The notes beneath the pieces were generated by a model. The model made no database searches. It was given only the letters and a program-made list of their open reading frames with translations, and was not told the DNA's origin. A stretch of 64,000 nt of DNA from an uncultured Gemmatimonadota bacterium (GTDB lineage: Bacteria > JAAXHH01 > JABIQT01): the NCBI GenBank assembly GCA_964470965.1, contig CAYYIS010000008.1:30731-94730 (forward strand), written 5' to 3'. The first letter of the stretch is position 1, and the number at the start of each line of letters is the position of its first letter. Shown here piece after piece: positions 47,670 to 57,350 of this stretch. A program made the translations under genes and the position numbers.

Positions 47670-48671
47670 TCAATCAACGTCCCTGTACAGGCTCTGAACC
47701 GTTTTTACTACGGCAGCTTCGTTCGGAATGGTCGAGGGTTCCAGAGAGGGACTGAAGGGAACCGGGACATCCATGGCACCGAGTCGTTTTACCGGGGCAT
47801 CTAGATAGTCGAACGCTTCGTCGCCTATCAAGGAGGCTATTTCGGCGGTTACCCCGTAGCTTCGGTGGCCTTCGTCAATGACCAGGGCTCGGCTCGTTTT
47901 CCTGACCGAACTAAGGATCGTTTCGGTATCAAGCGGACTGAGCGTTCTCGGGTCAACCACTTCGACGCTTATGCCGTCTTCCTCCTGGAGTGTACCGGCC
48001 GCGTCCAAGGCTACCTGTACCATGCTGGAAGTGGCGACAATCGTGACATCAGATCCCTCTCTTTTGACGTCGGCTATCCCGATTGGTACCGTGTGGTCGA
48101 CACCTTCCGGCACCATACCTTTGACGCTGTACATCATCTTGTCTTCGTAAATAATGACCGGGTTTTCGTCCCTGATCGCGGATTTTAATAGGCCTTTGAG
48201 ATCGGCCGGGGTGGAAGGAATAAGAACCTTGATACCGGGAATATGCGCCATCCACGCTTGAAGGCTCTGGGAATGCTGCGCCGCTGAAGACCGGCCTGCA
48301 CCGATAGTGGTACGAATAGTAAGTGGAACACTGGTTTGACCGCCCGTCATGTAGCAGAGCTTGGCGGCCTGGTTCACGACCTGGTCCATGGCGATCGTTA
48401 TGAAATCACCGAACATTATTTCGACAATCGGTCGCATACCGGTCAGGGCGGCGCCCACTCCGGCCCCCATGATGCCGGCCTCCGAGATGGGCGTGTCTCT
48501 GATCCGACCCGGACCGAACTCGTCGACAAGACCGGCGGTTACTTTAAACACACCTCCGGCCGCCGCTACATCTTCTCCCATAAAAAAAACGGTCTCATCC
48601 CGGCGCATCTCTTCGGCGATCGCCTCGCGCACCGCTTCTCCGAATGTGATCTCTCTTTCAGATGTAGACAT
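47670..48671 (-). CDS. 2-oxoacid (pyruvate/acetoin/branched-chain) dehydrogenase E1 component, beta subunit
   Basis: 333 aa. 'FFMGEDVAAAGGVFKVTAGL', 'DTPISEAGIMGAGVGAALTGMRPIVEIMF' and the 'GDVTIV' transketolase-C region. Confidence 0.85.
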   Translation of the reverse strand: MSTSEREITFGEAVREAIAEEMRRDETVFFMGEDVAAAGGVFKVTAGLVDEFGPGRIRDTPISEAGIMGAGVGAALTGMRPIVEIMFGDFITIAMDQVVNQAAKLCYMTGGQTSVPLTIRTTIGAGRSSAAQHSQSLQAWMAHIPGIKVLIPSTPADLKGLLKSAIRDENPVIIYEDKMMYSVKGMVPEGVDHTVPIGIADVKREGSDVTIVATSSMVQVALDAAGTLQEEDGISVEVVDPRTLSPLDTETILSSVRKTSRALVIDEGHRSYGVTAEIASLIGDEAFDYLDAPVKRLGAMDVPVPFSPSLEPSTIPNEAAVVKTVQSLYRDVD

Positions 48672-49677
48672 GTTCAGCCACCTCTTCCTTGGCCGGAAAC
48701 GGCGCCAGTTTCCCGAATTCCACAGCGTGGCTTACGGCCTGTTTTATCGTTTGATCGATGTCTTCAATTCCCGCCTCGGTCGCCATGCCCGATGTCACCA
48801 TTCGGCGGGCCAACCGGGTAATCGGATCTCTGGTCTTCCAGGAGTCTGTCTCTTCCTGGGTTCGATATGTTTTCTCTGGATTTCCATCGCCCACATGGTG
48901 GCCGCGATACCGGTACGTTTTGGTTTCTATCATGCAGGGCCCGTCGCCTGAGCGAGCGCGTTCCACCATCTTGAGGGTAGTTTCATACACGGCGGCCACG
49001 TCCATACCATCAACAACCAGGGCAGGCATGTTAAAACCAGCCGCCCGTTCAGCCACGTGTTCTTTGATGGCGGTGACCTGTTTATGGTTCGTGTATTCAC
49101 CGTACTGATTGTTCTCACACACAAAAAGTACCGGAAGGTTCCAGACGGATGCCATATTAGCCGCCTCAAGGAATGATCCCTGATTCGCAGCACCATCACC
49201 GAAGAAACAGACTGCAACCTGGTCGGTGCCGCGTAACTGTGCGGACAAACCGGCGCCTGTAGCCATACCCATACCCCCACCGACGATACCATTGGCGCCC
49301 AGGATACCGAGGCTCATATCTGCGATATGCATCGTGCCTCCTTTACCTCGGTTATACCCGGTCTCCTTACCCATCATCTCCGCCATCATGCGATCCACAT
49401 GACCGCCTTTGGCTATCAGGTGACCGTGCCCGCGATGGGTGCTGGTAATGTAATCATCATCACGAAGCGCAGAACAGACCCCCACTGCTGATGCCTCTTG
49501 ACCGATATACGGATGGGCGAGTCCAGGCATAAGCCCCTGAGTATAAACTTCCAGAACCGCTTCTTCGAACCGACGTATGGTTACCATCTTCTGGTACATG
49601 TCGGCGCAAAGCTCAGGCGAAAGCGTGAGGTCTGTGTCATCACTGGTTGAAGGTATAATCTGGATTTCATCCGTCAT
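48658..49677 (-). CDS. 2-oxoacid dehydrogenase E1 component, alpha subunit (TPP-binding)
   Basis: 'GQEASAVGV', 'THRGHGH' and the TPP motif 'GDGAANQGSFLEAANMASVWNLPVLFVCENNQYGE'. Start chosen at the ATG with AGGAG upstream; the longer ORF extends to 49725. Confidence 0.8.
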   Translation of the reverse strand: MTDEIQIIPSTSDDTDLTLSPELCADMYQKMVTIRRFEEAVLEVYTQGLMPGLAHPYIGQEASAVGVCSALRDDDYITSTHRGHGHLIAKGGHVDRMMAEMMGKETGYNRGKGGTMHIADMSLGILGANGIVGGGMGMATGAGLSAQLRGTDQVAVCFFGDGAANQGSFLEAANMASVWNLPVLFVCENNQYGEYTNHKQVTAIKEHVAERAAGFNMPALVVDGMDVAAVYETTLKMVERARSGDGPCMIETKTYRYRGHHVGDGNPEKTYRTQEETDSWKTRDPITRLARRMVTSGMATEAGIEDIDQTIKQAVSHAVEFGKLAPFPAKEEVAEHVYI

Positions 49678-49804
49678 AGTACGCCGCACTCCTTTATTAA
49701 TTGAACACAAACCGGAATTCGACACGTGACTGCATTCATGTTTTATTCGAGAATCAGGCTTTCTAAATTAGTGAAACGTTTACGAAGGAGCAAGAGGAAA
49801 ATAT

Positions 49805-50398
49805 CTACTGGACATTTCGAGATCTCCCCAAGCGTTTCATGGCGTACGGAACGAGCACTATCATTAACACCAGTTCCGGAATGATGTAGCTGCCGTTGTA
49901 CAGAAGGGAGTATAACCACGGCGTCACGCCACCTTGTAACAAGGGCGGAAATGAAATACCAAGATACTCGTTGAAAAATTGATAGGTCTGTCGGTTTAAA
50001 CCGTCCGGGGCGTAAGCCGCAAAAAAAATGGCACCGGAGATCACATGAAAAACCAGCCCCGCTGCGCTGGACAGGCATATGCCCCACCTGGGTGACCTGC
50101 GGAACCATCCTGCGATGCCAATGGAGATGTATGGCAGAATAAAATCGAGCAGAACCTGAACCGGATGAAGGATTACAGGATCGAACATAAACGTGATAAG
50201 TCCGGTGATAAATCCGCCCGCCATACCCGCTTTGGGACCACACCGGAATGCCAGATAGAATAACGGAAGGAGTTTCAACGAAACAGAACCGCCCCAGGGC
50301 AGACGGTATAATTTAAAGAACCCGAGGACGGTCGCCAACGAAGCTACAACTGCGATCTCAACGAGCAAACGCTTCCGATCAGTCTGGGTGTTTGCCAT
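49805..50398 (-). CDS. thiT: Energy-coupling-factor-type thiamine transporter S component
   Basis: 197 aa, 6 TM. 'LLVEIAVVASLA', 'AGMAGGFITGLIT' and 'GIAGWF' align with L. lactis ThiT (LLTEIAFMAALA ... GIAGLF). Confidence 0.6.
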   Translation of the reverse strand: MANTQTDRKRLLVEIAVVASLATVLGFFKLYRLPWGGSVSLKLLPLFYLAFRCGPKAGMAGGFITGLITFMFDPVILHPVQVLLDFILPYISIGIAGWFRRSPRWGICLSSAAGLVFHVISGAIFFAAYAPDGLNRQTYQFFNEYLGISFPPLLQGGVTPWLYSLLYNGSYIIPELVLMIVLVPYAMKRLGRSRNVQ

Positions 50399-51008
50399 GT
50401 CCGTTAAGGCTTGCCGCCCGTTCGATGTGGGCCAGTTCCACCAGGCGTTTCACGATCTGCTCGAGGGAATCGTCGAGTTTGCGCATCCGTTCCGCGGTGG
50501 AGGTCAGTTCGAGGAGTGTCTGCTTTTCTTCCAGTTCCAAATCCATTGTCGATGCTATAAAGAAGGAAAACTGTTTCGGGTCGAATATCCCCTTCACGCC
50601 ACCTATCCCGCTTGTTTGAAGTTTTATCATGGCCTGATAGGATTCCAGTACGCGTTCCAGCAGGTCATCCGGTACGTCATCATTCACATCGTCGAAATAC
50701 TCGATAGTAGCTTCCAGGAGATCGTCGTCTTGTATGAATTCAAGGACATGAAACCGCCTGCTACCTTCGGTGAGTATATCTAATTTACCGTCCGCATACT
50801 GTGTATACACCTGCGTGACTTTAGCAGTACACCCCACATTGGAGAGTTGCGCGTCGTTGAGTAACAGGACGCCGAATTCGGACTCGGACTTAAGGCAATT
50901 GTCTACCATCTCCTTATAACGCTCTTCGAATATATGCAATGGAAGATGCATCCCCGGATACAATACCAGATTCAGTGGAAAGAGGGGAATGTTAAGCGTG
51001 TTTTCCAT
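50379..51008 (-). CDS. LON-protease substrate-binding (N-terminal) domain protein
   Basis: 209 aa. 'IPLFPLNLVLYPGMHLPLHIFEERYKEM' is the canonical start of the LON N-domain. No AAA+ or protease domain. Confidence 0.65.
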   Translation of the reverse strand: MENTLNIPLFPLNLVLYPGMHLPLHIFEERYKEMVDNCLKSESEFGVLLLNDAQLSNVGCTAKVTQVYTQYADGKLDILTEGSRRFHVLEFIQDDDLLEATIEYFDDVNDDVPDDLLERVLESYQAMIKLQTSGIGGVKGIFDPKQFSFFIASTMDLELEEKQTLLELTSTAERMRKLDDSLEQIVKRLVELAHIERAASLNGHGKHPD

Positions 51009-51238
51009 CGTACCGTGCTCCAGATATCTAGTGGGCCTTCTTGTAATTGTAAATTTGGAAATGCACCGTACTAATCCAAGGTCCGATGTTTGTCCATTAT
51101 ACAGTCGGTGGCAACCGTGTCAACGGAAAAAACTGAACCGCGAAAACCTGATGAAATGCTTGACTGCAACACCATCCCACACTATATTAATGTACTCTGC
51201 AGTTTCCATAAATAAGGGCATTTACAGGCGACTCCTTA

Positions 51239-52870
51239 ATGAGTTTATCGGAGAATAAAAAGACGCGTCGGAGTACGCGAGATGTTAGACAGGATTTCAG
51301 GACTATCTCCGGGGAATCGATCAATCCTCTTTACACTCCTGAGGACAGGGCTGACTCCGAATATGCTGACGACCTGGGAGATCCTGGTGTCTATCCTTAT
51401 ACCCGAGGCATCCACACCACCATGTACCGGGACCGGCTGTGGACTATGCGTCAGTTCTCCGGCTACGGTACGGCCGCTGATTCCAACTCACGGTTTAAAT
51501 TCCTACTCGAACACGGTCAAACCGGGCTGTCTGTCGCCTTTGACGTACCGACCCTGATGGGGCTGGATTCCGATCATCCCCTTTCCGAAGGAGAGGTCGG
51601 TGTCTGTGGTGTGGCGGTCGACTCTCTTGCTGATATGGAAACCCTGTTTGAGGGCATACCGCTCGGCTCGGTAAGTACGTCCATGACGATCAACGCACCA
51701 GCGTCGATCCTGCTGGCCATGTACCTCGCAGTAGCGGAAAAGCAAAGCGTGGCCTGGGCTGACCTGCGGGGTACGCTTCAGAATGACATCCTCAAGGAAT
51801 ATATCGCACAGAAAGAGTGGATATGTCCCCCCCGACCAGCCATGAAGATGGTGGCAGATACGGTCCTTTTCTGTACCGAACACGTTCCGCAGTGGAATCC
51901 CATCAGCATCAGCGGATATCATATCCGTGAAGCTGGTTCGACAGCCGTGCAGGAACTGGCTTTCACCCTGGCAGATGGATTTGCATACATCGACGCTTGC
52001 CTCGAAGCCGGTTTGGACATCGATCAGTTTGCCCCCCGCCTGTCATTCTTCTTCAATTCTCATATGGATTTCTTCGAAGAGATTGCCAAGTACCGTGCTG
52101 CCCGCCGCATCTGGGCCAAACATCTGAAACATCGGTACGGGGCCAGGAATGAAAAATCTCTCCTGATGCGCTTTCACACACAGACGGCCGGATGTAGTCT
52201 GACCGCCCAGCAGCCGGAAAACAACGTGGTCCGAACCACCATAGAAGCATTGGCAGCCGTCCTTGGAGGTACACAGTCGCTCCACACGAACGCACTCGAT
52301 GAGGCGTATGCCCTTCCCTCTGAACAGGCTGCAAAAATCGCCCTGCGGACCCAGCAGATCATCGCCCACGAATCCGGTGTGACTAACACAGTGGATCCAC
52401 TCGGCGGATCTTATTATCTCGAATCACTCACCGATAGCCTGGAAGATGCCGCAGAGGCCTATTTCGATAAAATCGCGTCGTTTGGCGGGATGGTAAGGGC
52501 CATTGAGGCGGGGTATCCTCAGAAAGAGATAAGCGACGCATCCAAGCGGTTTCAACATGCGGTGGAACAGGAAGAGCAGATTATAGTGGGCGTGAATGAA
52601 TATGTAGAACCCGATGAGTCGGATATAGAAATGCTCAGGATCGGCCCAGCCATCGAACGCGCACAAATCAGCCATCTCAAAGATACCAGAGACCGGCGCA
52701 GTGCATTAAAAGTGGAGCAGGCATTGCATGTATTGCGTGATACTGTGTCGATGGGTGGCAACTCCATGCCACCCATCCTGGATGCTGTCCGGGCATATGC
52801 TACGATCGGTGAAATTGTTAACGTGTTGCAGGCGGTGTACGGGACCTACGACGAATCGCCTGTTTATTGA
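51239..52870 (+). CDS. Methylmalonyl-CoA mutase family, large (substrate-binding TIM-barrel) subunit lacking the C-terminal B12-binding domain
   Basis: 543 aa. '[28 protein letters not shown]', '[11 protein letters not shown]' and '[23 protein letters not shown]' MCM motifs. Ends before any DxHxxG cobalamin-binding module. Confidence 0.8.
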   Translation: MSLSENKKTRRSTRDVRQDFRTISGESINPLYTPEDRADSEYADDLGDPGVYPYTRGIHTTMYRDRLWTMRQFSGYGTAADSNSRFKFLLEHGQTGLSVAFDVPTLMGLDSDHPLSEGEVGVCGVAVDSLADMETLFEGIPLGSVSTSMTINAPASILLAMYLAVAEKQSVAWADLRGTLQNDILKEYIAQKEWICPPRPAMKMVADTVLFCTEHVPQWNPISISGYHIREAGSTAVQELAFTLADGFAYIDACLEAGLDIDQFAPRLSFFFNSHMDFFEEIAKYRAARRIWAKHLKHRYGARNEKSLLMRFHTQTAGCSLTAQQPENNVVRTTIEALAAVLGGTQSLHTNALDEAYALPSEQAAKIALRTQQIIAHESGVTNTVDPLGGSYYLESLTDSLEDAAEAYFDKIASFGGMVRAIEAGYPQKEISDASKRFQHAVEQEEQIIVGVNEYVEPDESDIEMLRIGPAIERAQISHLKDTRDRRSALKVEQALHVLRDTVSMGGNSMPPILDAVRAYATIGEIVNVLQAVYGTYDESPVY

Positions 52871-52899
52871 CAGTGTCAGTCGTCCTGTAAGGAGTTTCC

Positions 52900-53649
52900 A
52901 TGAATACGATTGTCTGTATCAAGCAAGTACCGGATACGGCAACAAAGGTCCAGATTGCCGCCGACGGACGCTCAATCCAGTCCGGGGAATTGAACTATGT
53001 AATGAACCCCTACGACGAGTTCGCGGTTGAAGCCGCCACCACGCTGAAGGAACAGCACGGCGGCGAGGTGACCGCCGTCTGCCTCGGGACCCAGGATGCA
53101 GTAGCCGCGCTGCGTAGTGCTGTTGCTCTGGGCGCCGACCATGCCGTCCTGCTGAAGACCGACCGGCCAGACATCGATGCCTCCGCCACAGCCACCGCTC
53201 TCGCCGAGGCAATCCGGGCTCGGTCTCCCGATCTTGTATTGTTCGGCAAACAGGCCGTGGATGACGATAATGCCCAGGTCGGTCCGATGGTCGCCGAATT
53301 ACTGTCGATACCCTGTGTGTGCCAGATCGTAAATCTGGAATACAAGGATGGAATCGTGATGGTTAATAAACAGGTGGAGGGAGGCGAAGAAGTGGTATCT
53401 GTGTCCTTACCGACAGTGCTCACCACTCAAAAAGGATTGAATGAGCCGCGCTATGCCTCGCTCAAAGACATCATGCGTGCCAAGCGGGCGCCCATAGATG
53501 AACAGGAAGTGTCTCTGATCCCTTCACGGGTAGAAACTATTGAACTCAACCTCCCTGCGGAACGTCAGGCGGGGCTGTTTATCGGTCAGGGCACGGAGGC
53601 TGTACCTGAACTGATTCAGCGGCTGAAAGAAGAAGCGAAAGTGTTGTAG
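52900..53649 (+). CDS. etfB: Electron transfer flavoprotein, beta subunit
   Basis: 249 aa. 'MNTIVCIKQVPDT' and 'VLFGKQAVDDDNAQVGPMVAELL'. Confidence 0.85.
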   Translation: MNTIVCIKQVPDTATKVQIAADGRSIQSGELNYVMNPYDEFAVEAATTLKEQHGGEVTAVCLGTQDAVAALRSAVALGADHAVLLKTDRPDIDASATATALAEAIRARSPDLVLFGKQAVDDDNAQVGPMVAELLSIPCVCQIVNLEYKDGIVMVNKQVEGGEEVVSVSLPTVLTTQKGLNEPRYASLKDIMRAKRAPIDEQEVSLIPSRVETIELNLPAERQAGLFIGQGTEAVPELIQRLKEEAKVL

Positions 53650-53695
53650 ACCCCGATGCTCAGCCTTTTCGAGCATCTGTCACAAAGGGAACATC

Positions 53696-54877
53696 ATGAG
53701 TAAAAAAAAACCGGGTCTCTCGACCAAAGCGGTACATGCCGGCGAGTGCCGGGAAAAGCCGTCCCGGGCCATCACCAATCCTATCGTTCAGACATCTACG
53801 TATGTGTTCCGTAATACCGAAGAACTGATCGATTTCAACGAAGGTCGAATCGAAAGGGACGAATACGGTCGGTACGGCAACCCGACTAGGGCTGTGGCGG
53901 AAGCGAAGATTGCAAATTTGGACGGAGGAGAAGACGCGTTATTATTCTCATCGGGTATGAATGCCATCGTGTCAGTCCTTCTCGCCATGCTTTCACAAGG
54001 GTCTCATGTGGTGATCATGGATGAGTGCTACCGGCGGACCCGTCAGTTCTGTCTTCAAGTGTTGCCCCGATATGGAATCGAAGTTTCGTTCGTAAAAACC
54101 GGTGATTACGAAGCCATGCAAAAGGCTATTACGGAAAAGACGCGGCTGATCGTATCGGAGTCTCCAACTAATCCGTACCTGAACGTGATCGATCTGGAAC
54201 GGATCGCGTCCATTGCAAAAGAGCATCGCCTGAAAGTCATGATCGACAGTACGTTTTCCACGCCGTACAACCAGCGTCCGATCGAATTCGGGATAGATAT
54301 CGTAATACACAGTGCCACCAAATATCTGGGTGGTCACAACGACCTGATGGCCGGTGTGGTGGTCGGTAACAAGATGTTGCTGGGCGCTATCCGTGAATTT
54401 AGGGACATCACTGGCGGCATTACCGATCCCCATACGGCCTATCTATTGATCCGGGGTTTAAAATCCTTTGCGCTGCGTATGGAGCAGCACAATAAAAACG
54501 GTATGGCCATCGCCCGGTTCCTGGAAGAACATCCAAAGGTCCGTCGCGTATATTATCCAGGTCTGGAAAGCCATCGGCATTACGACATTGCGCAACGTCA
54601 AATGACCGGATTCGGAGGTGTTGTCAGCTTCGAGTTGGATGGCGACATGGACATGACGAGTCAATTCATCGACAGCCTGGAGCTGCCTTACATCGGTCCG
54701 AGCCTGGGTGGCGTGGAGAGTTTGATCGAGCAACCGGCACTACAATCTTTCTATGAAATGAGTAAGGAAGAACGGCTGGCTATCGGGATCAAGGATGAAC
54801 TGGTAAGATTTTCCACAGGTGTTGAAAATGCCGATGATCTGATCACGGACCTGGCACAGGCTCTGGATAAAATATAG
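53696..54877 (+). CDS. PLP-dependent Cys/Met-metabolism enzyme (cystathionine gamma-synthase / beta-lyase / methionine gamma-lyase family)
   Basis: 393 aa. 'TKAVHAG', 'YGRYGNPT' and the PLP-Lys motif 'HSATKYLGGH'. Confidence 0.75.
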   Translation: MSKKKPGLSTKAVHAGECREKPSRAITNPIVQTSTYVFRNTEELIDFNEGRIERDEYGRYGNPTRAVAEAKIANLDGGEDALLFSSGMNAIVSVLLAMLSQGSHVVIMDECYRRTRQFCLQVLPRYGIEVSFVKTGDYEAMQKAITEKTRLIVSESPTNPYLNVIDLERIASIAKEHRLKVMIDSTFSTPYNQRPIEFGIDIVIHSATKYLGGHNDLMAGVVVGNKMLLGAIREFRDITGGITDPHTAYLLIRGLKSFALRMEQHNKNGMAIARFLEEHPKVRRVYYPGLESHRHYDIAQRQMTGFGGVVSFELDGDMDMTSQFIDSLELPYIGPSLGGVESLIEQPALQSFYEMSKEERLAIGIKDELVRFSTGVENADDLITDLAQALDKI

Positions 54878-54894
54878 TTTGATGAGGAGAATAT

Positions 54895-55878
54895 ATGGCA
54901 GGTGTACTCGTTTTCGCAGAACAGAGAGACGGCACATTTCGGAATGCGGCATTTGAAGCGGTTAGTGTGGGACGCAGGCTGGCCGATGAGCTGAATACTG
55001 AGCTGGTAGCAGCGGTCGTAGGGGCAGGTGTCAGAGACATGGCAGCCTCTCTCGGGCGGTACGGCGTTGACAGGGTGATCGTGGCTGATGCCCCGGACCT
55101 CGCACGGTTTTCCAGCGATGGATATACGACGGCGGTGGCCGACATCGCACGTTCGTTTGACCCATCTGTTTTATTGCTCTCGGCCTCGGTCACGGGTAAA
55201 GCACTTGGACCGGCGGTGGCAGCCCGCTTGGAAACCGGCCTGGCAACAGACTGTATCGATATTTTGATAGCAGGTGGACGCCTGGAGATCCAGCGACCGG
55301 TCTATGCGGGTAAAGCCATCGCCACCGTTATCATCAAGACAGATCCGCAGATCGTCTCGCTTCGTCCCAATGTGTTTCCCGCTACCGTTATGGATGAGCA
55401 GGGATTCGCGCCGGTGGAGCAGGTGTCGGCAGGAGTTACCGCTGACTGCACCCGCGTGGCGGTTCAGGAGATCGTAGCTGCCTCCGGCGGCAGGCCGGAT
55501 TTAACGGAATCGCCTGTTATCGTCTCCGGTGGCCGCGGCCTGGGCAGTCCCGAGAATTTCTCACTCATCGAGGAGCTGGCCGATGTGCTGGGCGGTGTGG
55601 TCGGTGCTTCACGAGCGGTGGTGGATATCGGTTGGCGTCCCCAGTCCGACCAGGTCGGCCAGACCGGCAAGACCGTATCGCCCTCATTATATATCGCCTG
55701 CGGCATCTCGGGCGCCATACAGCACCTGGCGGGAATGTCATCCTCCAAATGTATCGTGGCCATCAACAAGGATCCAGATGCCCCGATCTTCCAAAAGGCG
55801 GATTACGGTATCGTTGGGGATGTGCTCGAAGTGGTGCCAGCGCTCACGGCGGAACTGCGGCGAGTTCTAGGACGCTGA
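54895..55878 (+). CDS. etfA: Electron transfer flavoprotein, alpha subunit
   Basis: 327 aa. 'PVIVSGGRGLGSPENF', 'LGGVVGASRAVVDIGW' and 'QVGQTGKTVSPSLYIACGISGAIQHLAGM'. Confidence 0.85.
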   Translation: MAGVLVFAEQRDGTFRNAAFEAVSVGRRLADELNTELVAAVVGAGVRDMAASLGRYGVDRVIVADAPDLARFSSDGYTTAVADIARSFDPSVLLLSASVTGKALGPAVAARLETGLATDCIDILIAGGRLEIQRPVYAGKAIATVIIKTDPQIVSLRPNVFPATVMDEQGFAPVEQVSAGVTADCTRVAVQEIVAASGGRPDLTESPVIVSGGRGLGSPENFSLIEELADVLGGVVGASRAVVDIGWRPQSDQVGQTGKTVSPSLYIACGISGAIQHLAGMSSSKCIVAINKDPDAPIFQKADYGIVGDVLEVVPALTAELRRVLGR

Positions 55879-55912
55879 CCCACCCGTTAATATAAGGTGC
55901 CTATGAAATAAA

Positions 55913-55950
55913 AACGGCCATCGGATGAATGTATCCCGATGGCCGTTTTG
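55913..55950. terminator. Bidirectional rho-independent terminator between convergent etfA and recA
   Basis: aaaaa-CGGCCATCGGAT-gaatgt-ATCCCGATGGCCG-ttttg. A ~12-bp GC-rich stem with a 1-nt bulge, flanked by an A-run on one side and a T-run on the other. Confidence 0.65.
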
Positions 55951-55974
55951 TGTTACCGCTGTCTTTCCAGGCCC

Positions 55975-57072
55975 CTAGCTCTTGACTTTGGCACCGGTGT
56001 TTTTCGCCTCTGTCTCTGCCGGAACTTTCTCTTCTGCGGCCTCATCGTCTGCCTTGCCGATGGGATTGCCCATGAGGATGTTTCGCAACTGATTCTCGAT
56101 ATCCTGAGCCAGCGCTTTATTCTCTTTCAACAGGGAGCGAACGTTTTCACGTCCCTGCCCCAGCCGCTCGCCGTTGTAGGAGAACCAGGTTCCGCTCTTG
56201 TCGATGATGCCGTTATTCACACCAAGTTCGATCAGGTCCCCCTCCTTAGAGATGCCTTCTCCGTAGAGGATATCGAACTGCGCATCCCGGAAGGGAGGCG
56301 CCATTTTATTTTTCTTTACGGAACCTCTGACCTGGATTCCGGCGGACGCATCATCCCCTTTGATCTGGCCGATGCGGCGGACTTCAATGCGTACGGACGC
56401 GTAGAACTTTAGCGCCAGTCCACCGGTTGTAGTCTCGGGATTTCCGTACATAACGCCTATCTTAAGGCGAACCTGGTTGATGAAGATGACGCTGGTGCGT
56501 GACCGGCTGATGGCGGCAGTCAGTTTACGGAGCGCCTGGGACATCAGTCTGGCCTGGAGCCCAACGTGCGAATCACCCATTTCGCCTTCGATTTCAGCCT
56601 TGGGCACGAGTGCGGCAACTGAATCGACTACGATCACGTCGAAGGCACCGCTACGAACCAGTGTTTCGGCAATATCGAGTGCCTGCTCACCCGTGTCCGG
56701 CTGTGTGATATACAGATTTTCGATATCAACGCCGAGCGCTTTTGCGTACCGTGCATCGATCGCATGCTCCGCATCTATGAACGCTGCGTAGCCCCCCATC
56801 TTCTGTGCCTCGGCGATGATGTGCTGGGCCAGCGTCGTCTTGCCGGAGGATTCGGTGCCGTATATCTCAATGACACGGCCACGGGGTATACCACCTATCC
56901 CGAGGGCCAGGTCCAGCGTCAATGAGCCGGTCGGTATGGCTTCCACCTGCATCTTGGTGCTATCGTCCCCCAGGCGCATAATGGAGCCTTTGCCGTACTG
57001 GCGCTCGATCTGCGTAACCGCTGCGCCTATCGCCTTACCGCGTTCCCTATCAATATCACCATTGACTGCCAC
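55975..57072 (-). CDS. recA: Recombinase A
   Basis: 365 aa. '[15 protein letters not shown]' Walker A and '[34 protein letters not shown]'. Confidence 0.95.
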   Translation of the reverse strand: MAVNGDIDRERGKAIGAAVTQIERQYGKGSIMRLGDDSTKMQVEAIPTGSLTLDLALGIGGIPRGRVIEIYGTESSGKTTLAQHIIAEAQKMGGYAAFIDAEHAIDARYAKALGVDIENLYITQPDTGEQALDIAETLVRSGAFDVIVVDSVAALVPKAEIEGEMGDSHVGLQARLMSQALRKLTAAISRSRTSVIFINQVRLKIGVMYGNPETTTGGLALKFYASVRIEVRRIGQIKGDDASAGIQVRGSVKKNKMAPPFRDAQFDILYGEGISKEGDLIELGVNNGIIDKSGTWFSYNGERLGQGRENVRSLLKENKALAQDIENQLRNILMGNPIGKADDEAAEEKVPAETEAKNTGAKVKS

Positions 57073-57350
57073 AGTGGGCCTCCCTTCACATCGGTTGCGC
57101 TTTACTGGATAACTTTACCCAATATACTAAACTATTGTTTAGATATCAAGTGTTTTTTTGCCTGGAATCGATTAATACGCTATAAACAGTCGGATTCAAA
57201 CCGATAATCTCGTAACAAAAGTACATGGAACATAAATTTTGTAAAGCGTAAACATCGTGGCAGGATGTATTCAGTTGTGCAACATTATACTTTGTGATAC
57301 ATTACATAAATATCTTATAGATAACAAAATGTAAAATACCGGAGTCTAGT

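Noticed and set aside
51009-51238. Possible TPP riboswitch (ACCUGAU...AAUGC-like segment) in the divergent intergenic region upstream of the LON-domain/thiT operon
   Set aside because: The match is on the wrong strand for thiT and lacks the CUGAGA and GGGG core elements.
57073-57350. SOS/LexA box upstream of recA
   Set aside because: The AT-rich divergent promoter region contains partial palindromes (GTATTCAG...ATTATAC) but nothing matching CTGT-N8-ACAG or GAAC-N4-GTTC consensus well enough to call.
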